Below, piece after piece: positions 62,227 through 64,000 of a DNA stretch of 64,000 nucleotides. Under the pieces are notes generated by a model. The model saw only the letters and a program-made list of their open reading frames with translations, was not told where the DNA came from and did no database searches. The translations under genes and the position numbers were made by a program. Positions within the stretch are counted from its first letter, which is position 1; each line of letters opens with the position of its first letter. Source of the DNA: Marispirochaeta sp. (GTDB taxonomy: Bacteria > Spirochaetota > Spirochaetia > JC444 > Marispirochaetaceae); the NCBI GenBank assembly GCA_963676835.2, contig CAXXFF010000001.1, positions 512,001 through 576,000 on the forward strand. The letters are read 5' to 3'.

Positions 62227-63513
62227 ATGGGCTCTCAAATAAGCATTACCGTTGCTTCCATCACCGTATTACTCATGGTGCTTGGAACACCGATCGCTGT
62301 AGCCTTAGGAGCAGCTTCTGTAGTTTCCCTGCTTATCTTCAACATCATTCCGTTCGTTAGTGTTGCACAGCAGTTATTCACAGGAATGGAAAGTTATATC
62401 CTTGTGGCAATTCCCTTTTTCATTTTTGCCGGAGTAATCATGGAAGCCGGTGGAATCGCCCGGGCGCTGATCAACTTCACCAAGTCTTTTCTTGGGTTCT
62501 CCCGTGGTGGACTTGGTGCGGTTAATATCATCAGCAGCTTTATCTTCGGCGGTATTTCCGGTTCTTCAGTAGCAGATACTGCAGCAATCGGATCAATTAT
62601 GGTGCCCACCATGGTGGAAGAGGGTTACAGCAAGGATTACGCTGCTGCCATTACCGTTACCTCATCTACCCTGGCCGTAATTGTGCCTCCCAGCATTATC
62701 ATGCTCATTCTCGGAGCTGTAGCTGAAATATCAATTGCAAAACTGCTTCTTGGCGGAATTCTGCCGGGAACTCTGGTTGTAATTTTTATGATGATTCAGA
62801 ACTACTACATCTCTTTCAAGCACAACTACGGAACGATTGTTCCCTTCTCTATTAAAAACTTTTTTCTTTCCGCATTACGCGGTCTGCCAGCCCTTGGTGC
62901 ACCGATTATCATCATCGGCGGAATTCTTACCGGGTTTATTACCCCGACAGAATCCGGTGGAATGGCGGTTGTCTATTCCCTGATAGTAAGTGCCGTGGTA
63001 TACAAAACCCTCAGCTGGAAAAAACTGTATGAAGCCATAGTAAAAACTGCAATTATTACCGGATGCGTTGTTTTTGTTATCGGCATTTCAAACCTGTTTA
63101 CCTTCATACTCTCTTTTGAGAATACGCCTCAGAGAATTGCAGAAATGATTATGGGTATATCCCATAACAAATATCTGGCACTCTTTGTTATCAACATATT
63201 CCTGCTGGTGGTTGGAATGATCATGGATGGTGGAGTTGCGATTATCCTGCTGGTACCGCTTCTTTTTCCTGTTGCAGAGCACCTCGGGCTCGATCCGATT
63301 CACTTTGGAATCGTATTTTCCATAAACCTTGCCATCGGCCTGGTTACCCCGCCCTTTGGGGTGTGTCTCTTCAGCTGCTGTAATATTTCCCAATTGTCCA
63401 TGGAAAGACTGGTAAAGGCATCTCTGCCGCTCTACGGCAGTCTGCTTCTGACACTTTTTATCGTTACCTATTTCCCTTCTTTTGTTATGTTATTGCCCAA
63501 CCTGCTTAAATAA
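62227..63513 (+). CDS. dctM: TRAP transporter large permease DctM
   Basis: AIPFFIFAG, GISGSSVAD, VPPSI, TPTES, GLVTPPFG. Confidence 0.93.
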   Translation: MGSQISITVASITVLLMVLGTPIAVALGAASVVSLLIFNIIPFVSVAQQLFTGMESYILVAIPFFIFAGVIMEAGGIARALINFTKSFLGFSRGGLGAVNIISSFIFGGISGSSVADTAAIGSIMVPTMVEEGYSKDYAAAITVTSSTLAVIVPPSIIMLILGAVAEISIAKLLLGGILPGTLVVIFMMIQNYYISFKHNYGTIVPFSIKNFFLSALRGLPALGAPIIIIGGILTGFITPTESGGMAVVYSLIVSAVVYKTLSWKKLYEAIVKTAIITGCVVFVIGISNLFTFILSFENTPQRIAEMIMGISHNKYLALFVINIFLLVVGMIMDGGVAIILLVPLLFPVAEHLGLDPIHFGIVFSINLAIGLVTPPFGVCLFSCCNISQLSMERLVKASLPLYGSLLLTLFIVTYFPSFVMLLPNLLK

Positions 63514-63515
63514 TT

Positions 63516-63548
63516 AAAAAAAGCGGCTTCCCTGTGGAGCCGCTTTTT
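63516..63548. terminator. Bidirectional intrinsic terminator
   Basis: AAAAAAAGCGGCTTC-CCTGT-GGAGCCGCTTTTT between convergent genes. Confidence 0.75.
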
Positions 63549-63575
63549 ACTGTCCCTTTCAAAAAGTCTAACCGA

Positions 63576-63974
63576 TCAGGAAAAATCGAGCAGCCCCCGG
63601 AGATTTACAATTTGAATATCTGTCTCTCTGTTTCCGACAACCAGTGCTGACAGGGGAGAAAGTTCAACTTCATTTCCATAAACAAAATCCGGCGGAAAGC
63701 TTTCTTCAAAAAGTACCTTTTCAACAAGCAGATAGGCTGCACCCTTGTCAGTCTTAACCTTCAACAGAACTTCATTTTCGGGAAATCCGTCACTGATAAT
63801 CAGATTACCGTCACAGGTATACACCGGATAGCCCTGATACGCTATGAGCCCCTGGTTCTCACGGGTAAAAGCTGCGGCATCCGGTTCTTCAATCCCCATG
63901 ACAGAAGACTGATCCATTGCCATAATACGCTGTTTGTGCAGTACAAAAAGATATTTCAGAGAAGCGGTATCCAC
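63576..63974 (-). CDS. Hypothetical protein, weakly CheW-like (start may lie further upstream)
   Basis: GLIAYQGYPV, YLLVEKV pattern; converges on the terminator. Confidence 0.4.
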   Translation of the reverse strand: MDTASLKYLFVLHKQRIMAMDQSSVMGIEEPDAAAFTRENQGLIAYQGYPVYTCDGNLIISDGFPENEVLLKVKTDKGAAYLLVEKVLFEESFPPDFVYGNEVELSPLSALVVGNRETDIQIVNLRGLLDFS

Positions 63975-64000
63975 AGGAATGCGTATAAGAAATCGGCTCC

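Overview
This is bacterial chromosomal DNA, probably from a free-living spirochaete. That assignment is an inference from gene style: solute-binding proteins start '...AGGQSE' / 'AQGGSEG', PstA is long, and a LIC_12708-like gene lies next to secA. Most of the window is housekeeping: pstCAB-phoU-phoB, uvrB, htrA, rnhA, galM, gpmI, purU, nnr, secA, an FtsI-like PBP, a Maf-like gene and a TRAP transporter. Two regions stand out. (1) 10.3-21.5 kb is a corrinoid methyl-transfer cluster built around a MtmB-family methyltransferase that has Ile where archaeal MtmB has pyrrolysine. It also encodes a corrinoid protein, a RACo/RamA-type activator, a DUF1638-like gene, an MtaA/UroD-family enzyme fused to a CxxC domain, and a BMP/nucleoside-type ABC importer. 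(2) 42,757-52,334 is an integrase-free island bounded by an exact 26-bp direct repeat overlapping the putative secA promoter. It holds two M23-peptidase + secreted SH3b-protein cassettes with near-identical GC-rich outer arms and a divergent AT-rich core, a candidate swappable peptidoglycan-hydrolase toxin/immunity system. It also holds a relic of a third cassette, three copies of a double-hairpin junction repeat, an Rpn nuclease with an internal SD+ATG, and DinJ/YafQ-like and HigBA toxin-antitoxin pairs. All calls come from motif reading by eye; no searches were run.
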